NCBI GenBank assembly: GCA_003971905.1 | Contig: RSEE01000087.1 | Span: 186,001-250,000, forward strand | Length of the DNA stretch: 64,000 nucleotides | Reading direction: 5' to 3' | Source: Moniliella sp. 'wahieum' | Taxonomy: Eukaryota | In this document: positions 38,622-51,770 of the stretch, piece by piece | How positions within the stretch are numbered: the stretch's first letter is position 1 | Layout of the letters: every line of letters begins with the position of its first letter | The notes under the pieces: model-generated | Databases searched by the model: none | Told to the model about the DNA's origin: nothing | Seen by the model: the letters and a program-made list of their open reading frames with translations, nothing else | Translations under genes and position numbers: made by a program

Positions 38622-41600
38622 ATGCCCAGCGCCCCGCCGGCCACTGGCCCTGCGCCCCCCGGCCCCGGCCGCGCGCCCACCATCGCCGACTTTGACCTGC
38701 TGCGTGTCCTCGGCAAGGGCTGTGCTGGCAAGGTGCGTGTCTTCTCCCTGCCCTGCGTCTCCTCCTCCTCCTCCTCCTCCTCCTCCTCCTCCGCCTCCTC
38801 CGCCTCCTGCCCCGCCCGGTCTTCTCACACCCCCCCCCCCTCCACAGGTCCTCCTCGTGCGCCAGCGCGCCACCAAGTCCATCTTTGCCCTCAAGACCAT
38901 CCAGAAGCGCCACGTGCTCGCACACCAGGAGCTCCAGCACACCCTCACTGAGCAGGCCGTGCTTGCCCGCACCTCCGCCGCCCACGCCGCCCCCGGCGAG
39001 ACCGGACTGCCCTTCATCGTCAAGCTCTGGTACAGCTTTCACGATGCCACCAACCTGTACCTCGTCATGGACTTCCATCCTGGCGGCGACCTCGCCACCC
39101 AGCTCGCCCGCTGGGGCCGCCTTGGCACCGACCGTGCCCGTTTCTATGCTGCCGAGATCGCAGAGGGTGTCGAGGCGCTCCATGCGGCCGGCATCATTTA
39201 CCGCGACCTGAAGCCAGAGAACGTACTGATCGGACAGGATGGACACATTGTCCTCTCTGACTTTGGCCTCTCCAAAGAGTTCCCGCGCCCCGGGATCGAG
39301 GCGCGCTCCCCCCATTGGCTTCTCCCCTCCGCCTCGAGCAGCAAGAGCCTGGCCGAGGCCGAGAAGCTAGCCAAACTCGCTGGCCAGGACGCCACCACCA
39401 CCTTTTGCGGAACAGCCGAATATCTCTCGCCGAGGTCATCTCGGGCCAGGCGTACAGTTACGAGGTGGACTGGTGGAGCTTTGGTACCATGTTGTACGAG
39501 ATGCTGGCAGGCTACACGCCCTTTGCCGGTGAGAGTCACACGGAGATGTACGTGCGGGTGTTGCGGGAGCCCTTGTCTTTCCCTGATCCCTTGTCGCGCG
39601 GCTACGATGCAACAGCCTGGGACCAGGACACGCGCGGCTTTCTCCGTGGCTTGTTGCAGAAGGACCCAGGCTTGCGGTTGCAGGAGCCCCGGTTAAAGAA
39701 GCACCCTTATTTTGGCATGATTGAGTGGGACCACATCCACTTCCGCCGTTATATCCCTCCCTATGTCCCCCACACTGATCCCCACAACCAAGAGGACACG
39801 CGCAACTTTGATGAAACCTTCCTCGGCTTGCGGCCCAATTTGGAGTTTGACGATGACGAATCAGACGAACCCGAGGGCTCGGACGAAGACGATCCGCAGC
39901 ATGCCCATGAGACGTCCAAGGACCGTGCACGCCGCCGCAGGGAAAAGGACGAACTTGCGGCTGAGGCCGAACGCACCCGCCTCTTGGCCAAGGTCCGGAG
40001 TGTGGCCAAGGCCCAGGGCCAGGATGACGTGCAAAGCCTGTTTGAAGGCTACGACTTTTCCACCTTCTCTTCCGTTGTTCCTGCCGAGGAGGAGGGGGAA
40101 GATGGTCATGGGATGGACGTTGACGCTCCCTCGCCCGAGGAGCACGACACGCATGATGAAGACACTGCGATGCGGGAACGTACGCCCTCTCCTGCACCAG
40201 GCCCGGCGGCGGGTCTGCCGGATACGACGAGTGCGTGGGACACGACGTCTGGCAGTGCCGATGGACTGCCTTCCAGCTCGTCGGGAACAGTCCCACAAGA
40301 GAGCAGGAATGCCCCCGAACTTTCTCCTGTGAACGCCCCCTCGAGCCGGCCTTGGTCCCACCCTCCTCCTCCGAGCTTCCGGACGAGCCGGTGGCGTCAG
40401 CGCCTCTGGCTCCGCCGAGCCCTGTTCAGGAGCTTCCCCCACCGCCCCCACTGTCCCGGCCGTCCCCGCCATCCCCGCCGTCCCCGCCATCCCCGCCGTC
40501 CCCGCCATCCCCGCCGTCCCTACCAGTGTTCCTTCCGGTCTTCCTGCCGCTGCCGCTGCCACTCCCACTGCCGCTGCCACTGCTGCTCCCCACTGCAGCT
40601 GCCTCTGTTGCTCTCTCCGGTAGAGCCACAACCCCCTCCATCCAAGTCCGAGCCCCCCGCACAACGCTATGCACCAGGGAGCGTTAAAGCACGTTTGGCT
40701 GCGTTGGAGGCGGCGCAGAAGAAATCGGCGGCTGCGCCCTTGTTGCCCAACAAGCCGACACGCAAGATTGCTCACACCTACGGTGCGGCCATTGCGGCTA
40801 AACAAGAGCCCAGCGGCCCCAGCACACTCCCCTTACTTCCCGGTCCCCAGCGGCGCGTTCATCCAGCTCATCTACTGCTGATGTATCTGCCCTTCCTTCT
40901 CTTTCACCAGCAGCACCCTCGATCGAGCCCGAAAGTCGACACAACCGTTGTTTCGGACCAACCGGTCGAATCTTCCCCCGTGGTGGAGGCGATGCCAGTA
41001 CAGGAGGCGCCCGTGGACACCGAAGCTATGGAAGTCACTCCCAGCCCATCTCATGTCGCAGAGGAGAACATTTCAACGCCCGCTGGGCCAGAACTGGCCA
41101 TTTCTGTCCCCGCCCCGTCCGCCGAACCGGAATTGACGCCTATGGATGTTGTTCCCGAGCCTCAGCCTAGTCCACCCGCGGTGGAGCAACCGCTGCCCTC
41201 GCCCGTTCAACCTGCGTGGGCTCCTGCGCCCCCTGGCACAACGGTACGGATCATCTCTTCTTCACGGGCGGACCGGACGATGGAACAGTCGTTGTCATCC
41301 CCTTCCACGCCTCGGTACCGTCCACCAAACTTCTTCACTCGGTTCCTAGGGCACGCCCACCTCCCGTCCTTTGTCTGTCCAGTTTTCCAGCGCTCAGGCA
41401 GCCGAGTTTGAAGAGTACGAAGCAGCTGCTTTCTTGGCGAATGCGACGTTGGAAGAACTGGAGCGAGAGGCGAATGAGTCAAGCTTCTCTAACCCCGAAG
41501 TGGTCAGCTTGCCTGACGTGGGTTCTTCCCCACGGAGCCGCCCGAGACAGAGACGGAAACGGAAACGGAGAAGGACGTGGCCGGGCTCACCCTGGAATCA

Positions 41601-42702
41601 CCAGGATTCAATGAGCGCCAGGCCTCTTCCATCCCGACCAGCGTACCCGAAGCTATGGCCACCTCGGGCTCCATTGCTAGTCTCGATGCTCCGGATCAGT
41701 CGATGTGCAACACGACCACCACCACCGCCGCCACCACTGCCAATACTGCAGGGAGCATCACTGCGCAAACCACCCCTGCACCCACGTTGTCCAAGACGGC
41801 ATCGCTCAAACGCGGCATTGGCTCTTTAGCTCGTGCCCGTGGTACCAATCCAGCCGCCGAGCCCGAGGGGCTGGTCAAACCAAGTGCACACAAGGCCCAA
41901 CACTCCTCTTCGAGCCAACGTCGTCCCACGGATATCGTTTCGATTGCTGCGGCAGCTGCCCAAGCGACGATTGCCAACCCCAACGTGGTCCCCAGCGCAT
42001 CCATTGCCCCCCCGCGCGCCGTGCCTCGATGGCGCTCAAGCAGGAGGGTGAGCAGAGCGAAGAAGAGGACTGGGACATGATTGACGACCTCAATACCGAT
42101 CTGCTTGTCGCGGGCCGACTCGGAACGGAATGGAGGTTCAGGCTTGGCCGCTCTCCCCCCGCGCGTGTATTCCTCCACGGCCCGGACCCTGCGCAAATCC
42201 CGTCGTGCGCTCACCGCCGCCGCCCATCGCCGCCGCACCTTTGTGCCGCACATGGACGACAAGTATCGTCTGCTCACGCGCAAGTCGGATGTTCCCGCCA
42301 TTCAGGAGGAAGACACGGGTCCGAACCCAGTGGCAAAGAGGCTAGCACGGACGAGTCGAAAAAACGAAGGTGGAACGCAGTGCCCGAGGTGGCGGTAGTC
42401 GTGGCCCCCGGCGCGTCTCCGCCGCCATCGGGCCGGAAACGCGGACTGTACCGTCTGAGCCGCCGGATTGGGTCGGAGACGCGCGACCGCGCGGCCGGAC
42501 CAAGTGTGCCTTCGGTCTTGGAGGTGGACGAAGGCGAGGGAAAGGCAGCCGCAGCTGCGTCTGCCCCTCCTTGTCGCCGCAACCGCCGGGCCCGTCCAGC
42601 CCACTTGCCTCGGACACAGATAAGAAAGATACATCCAAACGCGGGAACAAGATGCGTCGCTTCACCCTCTTTCTCGACGCTAACAAGCACAAGTCGGACT
42701 AA
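38622..42702 (+). CDS. AGC-family Ser/Thr protein kinase (Akt/Ypk/SGK-like) with a long disordered C-tail; intron 38733-38847
   Basis: DFDLLRVLGKGCAGK|VLLV, FALK, YRDLKPEN, DFG, TTTFCGTAEYLSPE, VDWWSFG, PPYVP...DTRNFDETF, hydrophobic motif LFEGYDF. Confidence 0.92.
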
Positions 42703-43390
42703 ACCGCGCGCAAGGGCCGACGGGAGAGGTGAGGGGGTAGTAGGATGGCATGCCTGTTGGTACATTTGGTTCGCCCTTCTGTGTTTGTGTCTGTCTCTAC
42801 CTCTACCTCTCTGCCTACCTCTGCCTCTACCTCTTCCTCTACGTCTTCTTCTTCCTCTTCGTCTTGCTCTGCTGGCTCTACTACCGCTTGCCCTCTGCGC
42901 TTGTCTGATCCTGCCCCCTCACCACACCCTGCGGATCTCGCCGCCCACCTTCCTTTGCCTTGATACCCTCGCCGCCTCGAACTTACTACTTGCCCATGCT
43001 GCTTTCCAGCATGCTGGCTATCCCTTTCCTTTAGTGCCGGTACACTCTGCCTTCTCGCCTCAAGTCTCCATTGCGATTGGACCCGTCTCATCCAATTCCA
43101 TCTCTGCTGTGTGTATGGGCAAGGAACATATAGTCAGCCGAGGGAAGTGGGGGCAGAACCTCAGTGTTGTACAGTTGAATATAGGGTAGGTTTATGTCTA
43201 CCAGGCTGTTGCAGTGATGCTGAAGAGGCGTCCCTCGTCCCTGAGGCTCAGGCCTGAGAGCACCAGCGCGGTGGTACGTCTGTGTCGTATCCACCCCCGC
43301 GTCCCCGTCGTGACCCGTTCAATTTTCTCGTCGGCTGGGGGTCCCTTGTGTTGCTGTGTCGCTAGTGCCGCGCTGCGCTTCTCTGCGTGT

Positions 43391-43426
43391 TGCTTTGCTT
43401 TGCTTTGCTTTGCTTTGCTTTGCTTT
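43391..43426 (+). repeat. (TGCTT)n pentamer microsatellite
   Basis: Read directly. Confidence 0.9.
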
Positions 43427-44949
43427 GGGCTGCTACAGCCAGTAGCTTAAGTTCCGTCCGGCGCGGTCTGGCTGCACTGGCCCTCTTCTTAGCCCTACTC
43501 CTACTACTACTACTAGACTACTAACCGCCGAGTGCACTGGTGCAAGCATAATCCGTCGGAGATACCGTCCCGTTCCCAGGCGCCACGGGCCGGCGCTGCG
43601 TCCGTATAAGCTTTAGGGGCTTCTAGTACACGCACGTAGGTGGGAACTTTGGCCTATTGGGGTTGAACGGTGAACGGTGAACCCCACCACACCTGCAGGT
43701 ACTTCCACCCCTGAGCATTTCTATACGTTCGTATGGATGGCCAGTGACTAGTGACTAGTGACCAGCGGTTGTATATATGCGTTCTGGATGCATATGCCAT
43801 GAAAGCACAACGTCTGGCACCGTTCAACGCGCAAATGGCCATCATTGCACAGCCAGTCGTCAATTGCAGTAGAAAGGAGAAAGGGGTACATTAATAGTGC
43901 TGTAGCGATACACAGAGAACGTACATTCTATAATGCAAACCCCAATCCGTTCCAGCCGCGTTTTCTCCGCCTCGATCAGGTGGATCGGGTGGGACGAGCG
44001 GCCTCCCTTGAGCTTGACTGGCTCACCCATCCTGAGTTCCTATAGAAGTATGGACTGGTGACTGTCCTGCATGTACTTGTTTGTCGGCTGGCAACCTACT
44101 GTATAAAACTATATCCTATTGTTACACTATATCTTGCGCCTGAGTTGTAGCGCACTGTATATAATACAGGGAATGAGAAGGCACCGTGGCTGTGCAAACC
44201 GGATAGCTCGAGCGGATCAGGCGGGTGTGGGTGGTCCACAGGGCGGAGGCGGAGAGAGGGTGTTGCATATATCTCTCCACAGTGGTGAGTTGTTTTCGAT
44301 CACTAGGATTCGTGAGCTCGGCACAACCACAGAAGGGTTACTTTTGCCACGAAAGCCGCTCTAGCGGTGTCTATACGGTGTCTGTCGGCCCGGAGCTCTG
44401 GGGATGCGGGGCGGGGCTGGTCTGTATCCACACCGACGTAGGCGGTGCCGGTGATGCTTATATAGAGGCCCGAGCGCCGGCGGGATTGGGGTGGCAGCTG
44501 TGACTGGCGGTGAATATGTGCAACAGACGTTAGTTCGTAGTTGGTGTGTCTGTGCGTGGTGGATTATGCAACTAAGGCGAAAGTGATCCACAGGACGCCC
44601 CAACCGCAAAAACAAGACTCGAGCGATGGCTGTAGCGCTGGCCTGTCCAAAGTCCGAGCCCCACCAACTGTCTCTCATGGCGCCCTCTGGCCTGTCGCCT
44701 GTCGGAGTCCCGAAGAGGACCGAGGGCGGATGGGGAAACCGTATTATGGTTTCGAGTCATATATGCCAGACACCGTTCCTACTCTTCCTCTTCGGCAACT
44801 CTCCGCAACAAGGCCCCCACAACCGCACCGTTGCCACACCGGCACTTTTTGGGGCTGCACCACCACATGCAATCCTCTCACCGCTTCTGCTCCATGGCCT
44901 CTGTCGTGGCACTCCCACGGAATTGCAACACCACAAGTCCTCCACCAAG

Positions 44950-46197
44950 ATGAACACCCCCAATTCTACGCGGCAGAAGAATACAGCCGTCAGGGAGGCC
45001 CTAACCTTCCCCCGCCATTGACCAGCACCCATCAGAGGCGGGCGCATGTGGCTGCTTGCGTACCAGCTCCATCAGCTCTGGCTCTAGCTGCAGCACAGGC
45101 CACTCTTCCTCCTCCACCCTCGACAGCAGCAGCACCTCATCCCCCACCCTGCTGCGCCTTCCTCAGGTACCCCTCCCCTGCTCCGGAAGAAACTCCATTC
45201 CCCTTCTCTGGAACGCCTATTCAATCCACAAAGTTTATACTACACCACCCGTCCATCCCAGGGGTCCGGGGCTGACGGTCTTGGTGGTCGACGACAATGT
45301 GGTCCAATTGGCTGGTACGTGCCCCCCCCCTCGTATCTCTTTGTTTGATTATGTATACACGAGCGTCCTGGTCCGCTTTCCTGCAGTGAGCTCGAGAAAA
45401 AGAAAGAGGGAAAGGAATCTGATTTGGTTGCTTTTGCTTTTTCCTCATCGTCTTGTTTGTACAGTGACCATGCGCATCCTCCACCTTCATTTCTCTCCTC
45501 CTTTGCGCATCACGTGCACTTTACGCCCACTTCCGGCGCATCCGCCTTAGCTCTCGCTGCTATGCAACGCTTTGATCTGATCCTGATGGACATTCACATG
45601 CCCCCCCCGCTGGGCCCGACGGACTGCTCTGCACCCGCACCATTCGAGCCGGTCTTCTCTCTCCGCCGGCCCGGCAACCCACATCAACCAGCACGCGCCC
45701 ATTGTCGCCTTAACCACGGAAGCCGGACAAGACACTTGGCCTAGGTACCGCCAAGCCCAACTAGATGGCCTCATCCCCAAGCCGTGCGCCCGACCCACCT
45801 CCGACCGCTGCTGCAGACGCTCCACCGTGCCCTCTTCCCCCCACCCATCCCACCGGGGCACTCGGAGATGCCCCTCCCTATTCTCCCCGGCAGCGTCGCT
45901 CCAATGACTCCTCTCACGCCCACGCGGGACCAACCGCCGGCACTCACGAGACCCAGCCACTCCTCGTGCCACGCCCCCGTATTTTTTCCAGAAGGGAAAC
46001 TGATGTTGACTCCTGCTGGCCTACCTTATCTTCTTCTGCCCCAACCTCAAGGACCAGCCCCCCGATCATCCTCCTCCCACGGCCGCCCCCGTCCCTGCCG
46101 CCATCGCCATCGCCCTCTCCATCGCTCTCGCCCTCGCCCTCGCACCACCGCCTGCTCTCCTGCCTGTTCTGCATCCCGCCCTACCCCCCCTCCCTAG
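44950..46197 (+). CDS. Stand-alone response regulator (receiver domain flanked by low-complexity tails); intron 45315-45464
   Basis: LTVLVVDDNVVQLA|VTMRIL, SGASALAL...FDLILMDIHMP, DGLLCTRTIR, NQHAPIVALTT and LDGLIPKP, read across frameshifts. All receiver catalytic positions are present. Ends approximate. Confidence 0.8.
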
Positions 46198-46871
46198 TAC
46201 GGCTCCCAATTCCAGCGGCGCTCGGCTCCCCCCACAGGCACCGACACTGTACGCCTGGGCCCGCTTAGCCTACCGAGCGGGCCAGGAGGCGGCGGCGAAG
46301 GGCAACTCGGGACCGGGGCCGGAAGGGCGTGCTCGTGAAGCGTCCCACTGGGTGGGGCGGAGCTGGGCTGGTGCGCGCTTGGATTGGCCGCAGCAGGCAG
46401 CCCGGGGGCGATGGACGAGACGCAGGGAGGGAAGCGAGTGGGGACACGGAACGTGTGACGGGCGGAGGAGGACGCGGTGGGTGCGGTGGGACGCTTGAAT
46501 GGTCGCGGACGCAGCACGAGGGGCCAGAAACGGAGGGACGCGGACAGGGACAGATGGGCTGAGTGCGATTGGAGGACACGCAGAACTGGAAATGACATGG
46601 CGATGACAGCACAGAGCCGAGGCCGAGAGGCGATCCATAGATTAGGCCGCGGTGCCTAGTGATTACCTGGCGAGGAGGCGACTGTGAATGTGACATGTGT
46701 GATGTGGGATGTGACAGGTGACGAGCAGCCTGGGAGCTTAAGCGTGTTAAGCTTTCTGGCCGAATGGCGGCACGTGATGCCGTCCACATGCTGAGGCAGC
46801 AGCAGTGGCTGGCGCCGTGCCTGCGCTGCTGCCAGCCCTGCTGAGCTCAGCATCGCCGCGCCTCGCATCTG

Positions 46872-46982
46872 CGTTGCCGTTGCCGTTGCCGTTGCCATCG
46901 CCATCGCCATCGCCATCGCCATCGCCATCGCCATCGCCATCGCCATCGCCATCGCCACGCCATCGCATCGCATCGCCATCGT
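46872..46982 (+). repeat. Compound (GCCGTT)n-(GCCATC)n hexamer array upstream of the RhoGAP start
   Basis: Read directly. Confidence 0.9.
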
Positions 46983-47025
46983 CCCCACCGCCTCCACCGC
47001 CTCCATCCCTCCCCCCCCCCCCTCC

Positions 47026-50000
47026 ATGCCCGACGGCGACCCCGACTCCGACTCGCGGCCGACGGGCTGGCGGCGGTGCGCGCCGAGCGGGATGCGCTGG
47101 CCGCCGACAATGCCACCCTCCGCGCCCGCCTCGCCCGCCCTCGCCCCACCCATGCCGCCCCCCCGCCCACCACTCCTCCCTCCCCTCCCTCGCCGCCCCC
47201 GCCGGCCGCCACTTCCTCCCTCCCCCTCCTCCGTCCTCCCTCCGCGTCGGCCCTGCCCCCCTGGTCCATCGCGTGCCCTCCGGCGTCTTGCTCACCACCT
47301 CGCCCGGCCCCCACACCTACGTCTACATGTCCGCGTCTCCGTCCCCTCCCAGTGGCTCATCCGCAAAACTGGTCCGACCTCGTCCGCCTCCATGCCCAAA
47401 GCCACCCCGCCACCTCCCCGCCCCTCCGCCTCCCCTCGCTTTCTTCCCTCCCCTCCTCCGCCCTCTTCATCGACCACAGTCCTGCCCGTATCGCGGCACG
47501 CAAGGTACGCTCCCCCTCGCTTCCCCTCGCCCTCCATTGACCATCCTCTGCCCCAGCACGCCGTCCAGGCTTCCTGGATGCGCTGCAGCGCGTTGCGCCC
47601 GAGAACATCATGCATGCCTTCCTCACCGCCAACTTGGTGTCTCCCGACCAACCACCCGCCTGGATTGCCCGACGCGACCGGCACCCCGACTGTGCGAAGC
47701 TTCCTGGGCCGCGCTCCCACTTTTTTTCCCCGAGCTGTTTGTCTTGCGTACCGACCGTCTGGACCGCTATGGCCCCGATTGCCGCTTCCTCGACTCCATC
47801 TCTCTGGTAGGTGCGGCGGCCACGAGCGAGGAGCATCCCAAACCGGACGTCCATGGCTTTGTCCCTCCCTTTTGCATCCGCCTCACCGTACCTACCATAC
47901 CCGGCGGCCCTCATCTGTTCAGCGCCGACAATGGGCTGAGCGCGACGCTTGGATCACCGCCTTGACCGAGACGGGTCCCGTCTTGCCTCTCGCCCATCCC
48001 CATCCCGATCCCGCGTCTGCACCCGTCCCGCATCCTTCGCCGCGCCTCCAGGCCATGTCCACCAGTACCAGCACAAGCGCGCTGGCTACGTTGCTCGCGC
48101 ACCGGTCCCCCGCACCTGCTGCCACCCCCTCACTCCCACACCCTTCCTCCCCTCCCCCTCCCCCTCTTCCTCCCGCGCACCACCCTAACGCCACCACCCA
48201 GCGTTCCGCACGCGCTCCCCTTCTTACTCCCGCACCTCTACCGCCTCCACGCCGCCGCAGTCCCCTGGACGCGTCAACACTCCACCAGCTTCAGCCGTCG
48301 GGTACGGGCCCTGGCGCTTGGTGAGCCTTCTCCCGCCCCTGCCTTACCCGCCGCCCCGGCTACCGCCCCTCCGGGCGTCTCCGCACTGCCCCCCATCTCG
48401 GCACATTCCCCGCTGGCGCAAAGCGAGGGCGTTGGTCCATGTCACCCCCTTCTGTCGGTGCAGATCCATGGGCGATCCCGACCAGGCGACAGGACGAGGT
48501 GCTGGGTCGGGAACGGGAACAGGCTCCCTACCCGGCCCGGCGGCAGGATGAGATTTTGAGTGCGGATGTCAATAAAGAGTTCCACCGCCTTCCTCCTACT
48601 CTTCCACTCCTCTTCGCGGTGGGGGGTTGCCTCTCCACCACCTCGTCTGCGTGACGTCCCGGTTGCGCCCGCGGGCGCCAGTGGCCCCGCCCCTGGGACA
48701 GCGCCCACGGCCCCCCTGTCTCCGCGATTGCTCTCTAGTCCACGTACGATTAGTGGCAGCCGTTGCGGGACCGGTTGTACGGGTGGGAGTATCGACGCAC
48801 TCCCTTGGAACGGGCGGAGCTAACGCTGCCACCGCTGTCAACACCGTACCCCCGCCACCGCCCACATCCGTCCCACCCCTTCCGGTGCGCGGTGATCCTG
48901 CTGGCTGGATGATGGATGGAGAATCAAGTCCTTCCTTGGCCGCACCAGGTTCGTCAAGTGTCTTATCCTCCTCTGCCCCCCACTGCGTTTGGTACCGCTA
49001 TCGTTTCGGCTGCTGCAACAAGCGCCGGGCGGATAGCCTCGCTTCTCAGTCACTCGGCCAGCTTGTCAACGGCCTTGACGTTGCATGGAGCACGGGCATG
49101 GCTGCTACCCATGAGGGCCTGCCTTCGCACCCGAGCAATGCCACTTGTCCCTCCGCCGCAGGAGGAAGGGCCGACTCGTCGGAGGTTCTGGCACCGCAAT
49201 CGTGCCGACAAGACAAAGACAGGGACAAAGACAAAGACAAGGATAAGGATAGGGACCCGCGTCCCGCTGATCCCCCTGCGCATCATCTTCCCTCTCGCCT
49301 TCCTTTTCGCATGCACGCCAACGCTCCCACTCGCGCGCTTCGCATTTCCGTTCGCTGTCTCATGGTGGAACGATACCCGAGGCGCATGCGGTGATGGGCG
49401 TCCCTCTGTCGACCTCTGTCGCACGAGCCGCTGTGCTGATCGACTTGCGTGCTCCTTTGTGTCAGGGGGGGGCGACGGCTCTGCCCTACGTGACACAAGG
49501 GCACGGCGCCAGCCCGGACGAGTACGCTGTGCCGGCGTTGGTGTTCCGATGCATAGAATACTTGGAGCGCCGTAAGGCTCAGTACGAGGAAGGTATCTAT
49601 CGTCAATCCGGCTCGGCCGAACTGATCAAATCGTTGCAAGCGTATTTCGATACGTTTTGGCGACGCGTCCCTGCTCGGCCCCTCTTCGCATGTGGTCCAA
49701 GCTTGGATTAGGGAGCGGTCGCACGCCCCGGCGGGTCTACTGTGCCGCCGGCCGAAGAAGATGATGCGGCGACGCCAAGGAAAGAGTTTTCTCTTCGTCC
49801 TGCCAAGTTGCGACAACCAGTCGCCTCGTTTGCGCAACGTATCCCCCGCCGTCGCCCCTACCGCTCTCGTGCCGCCTGGGCTGCCGCTTCCACCCCCTGG
49901 CTCGTCCGCGAAGATGAACGCTCTTTGCCGTCGTTGCCTTCTTCCCCCCCACCACACCATGGACAGGGTCCTCCTCACACTTTTCCCCGCCCGCGGTGGA

Positions 50001-51770
50001 GGAGACGGACGAGCGACTGGATACCTCGGCGGGACTGGGGTTCTATTGGGACGTACTGCTATTGCGGGACTTTTGAAGGCGTTTCTGCTGCGCTCCCTTC
50101 CTGAAGGACAGGGCGTGTTAACGCCATCTGCCTCGTCAGCCTTGGCCGCCTTACCGCCCGAAGAAGACGAGGAGGAACGACGAAGGGGACGAAGAGAAGG
50201 AAGGAGAGGAAGAAGACGAGGACAGCACCATGAGGCAAGACGAAGAACAACCCGGCTGTTCAGCCCTGCCCTGGGTTGGCCATGGCGGCGGCTCATCTGC
50301 TTTGCGCCACTCGGCGGTGCGTCCTCGTGTGCGCGGCACCATGGCCCGCGCCCGTCTGGTGGGCGAGATCCTCCGTGCCAACCTCCCGCCGGCGAACTAC
50401 GCGCTGCTCCGCACGCTGGCCGCACACCTCGCCCTGTGCTGGCGGCAAGCAGGTGAACCGGATGACGATGCAGAACTTGATGATTGTGTGGTCGGTCGGG
50501 CTGCCCGTGCCGCGGATGTGTTTCCTCTGCTGCTGACCCACACCGCCCTGGTCTTCCCGGTGCCGACGTTGGGCGCGCCGTTGGCGTCGCCGTGGACGGG
50601 CTTCCCGTCGCTCGATGGCAGCCTCAGTTTCCCCTCCCCTCCCCGACCCTCCCTCCTACGCAGCCCTTCTCGGGGCTCGGATTAGGGCCTCCGCCCGAGC
50701 CCGACCCGTGCCCACTACCGTACCCCCACCCATCCCCCTGTTGCCCTCGGGACGGTGCGGCCATCGCGCGTGTCGCAACCCAGCCTTCCGCCGCCCACGC
50801 CGCTGCCCTCTCGCTCCACTCGCCTCCGTCCGCGTATGCCTCGGCCGTGCCGTCGGGCTTTGCCCCCACGCGCTCGGCCGCAAGAGGGGCCGCCCGCCGC
50901 CCTCACGTCCGCTCTCGCTTCGGCCTCCCTTCGGGACACACCGACCCACTCCACGACTGCCTCCTCACCGCGGGATGGACATGCGTTTGCTCCCGCGCTT
51001 GCCTCGGCTGCTCCTGGCCTCACCACCTCGCCCCAACCGAGCACCGACATGTGCATCTCCCACCTAGCTTGCCCTCGTCCGGACGGATCTGTCGCGGGCG
51101 TCCCGGGGCTCACGCCTGGGCTCGGCTCTCTTCGTCGGGCTTTGCGACGCCTACTTCGGCCCTGGTCCGCTTCGGCGGCTTGGTCCTACGCGTATTCCTC
51201 CTATACCTCCGCGTCGGCGCCTTGGATCGGCCTGGGCCTCTGCCTCCCGCAACCTGTCCCGCTGAGCAACACCCTAGCCGAGCCGTGGCGGACTGGATTG
51301 GGCCAGTCGTGGAGCCCGGTTGGGTCGCCGCTCCCTTCCTCCTCGTCTGCCTCCCATTCCTCCCTCTCCCACCTGTCCTCCGCTGCGGCCGTCGCTGACG
51401 TCCCACGCGCCTTCCTCGCCCACCCACCTGGCTCGGTCTGGCCGGGACCAGCACCGGAGCCAGCGCCGGTCAAATGTACCCTGGCCTGCCCGATTCCGGG
51501 GTGGAGGCGGCCTTGTCTCCCACCCACCGCTCTCTCCCGCCCGCTCCCGCTCCCGCTCCCGCTCCGCTCCCCCTCCTCCGCACGCAAGCTCCCACACGGC
51601 CTCAACCTCGACCTCGACCTCGATCTCGAGTGCCGGAGCAGCTTACGCCCCGCTGCCTTCCTCGGCCTATGCGGGCGCCCCCGCCCGTCCGCGGCACGCA
51701 GAGCCCACTTCCGATCCCCACCCCGCTCACATTGGGCAAGGCAGGCAATTGGGTGGCGAACCAGTAGGCG
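47026..51770 (+). CDS. BEM3: Bem3-like Rho/Cdc42 GTPase-activating protein (coiled coil-PX-PH-RhoGAP); intron 47505-47556
   Basis: ERDALAADNATLR coiled coil; PX-like WLIRK..SDLVRLHAQ...LFIDHSPARIAARK; PH end HLFSADN.AERDAWITAL; GAP VPALVFRCIEYLE...EEGIYRQSGS, AIAGLLKAF, LPPANYALLRTL, NRMTMQNL. 3' end approximate. Confidence 0.82.

Noticed and set aside
43200..44900. Transposon relic in a lower-GC region
   Set aside because: No terminal repeats, target-site duplications or transposase/RT motifs seen.
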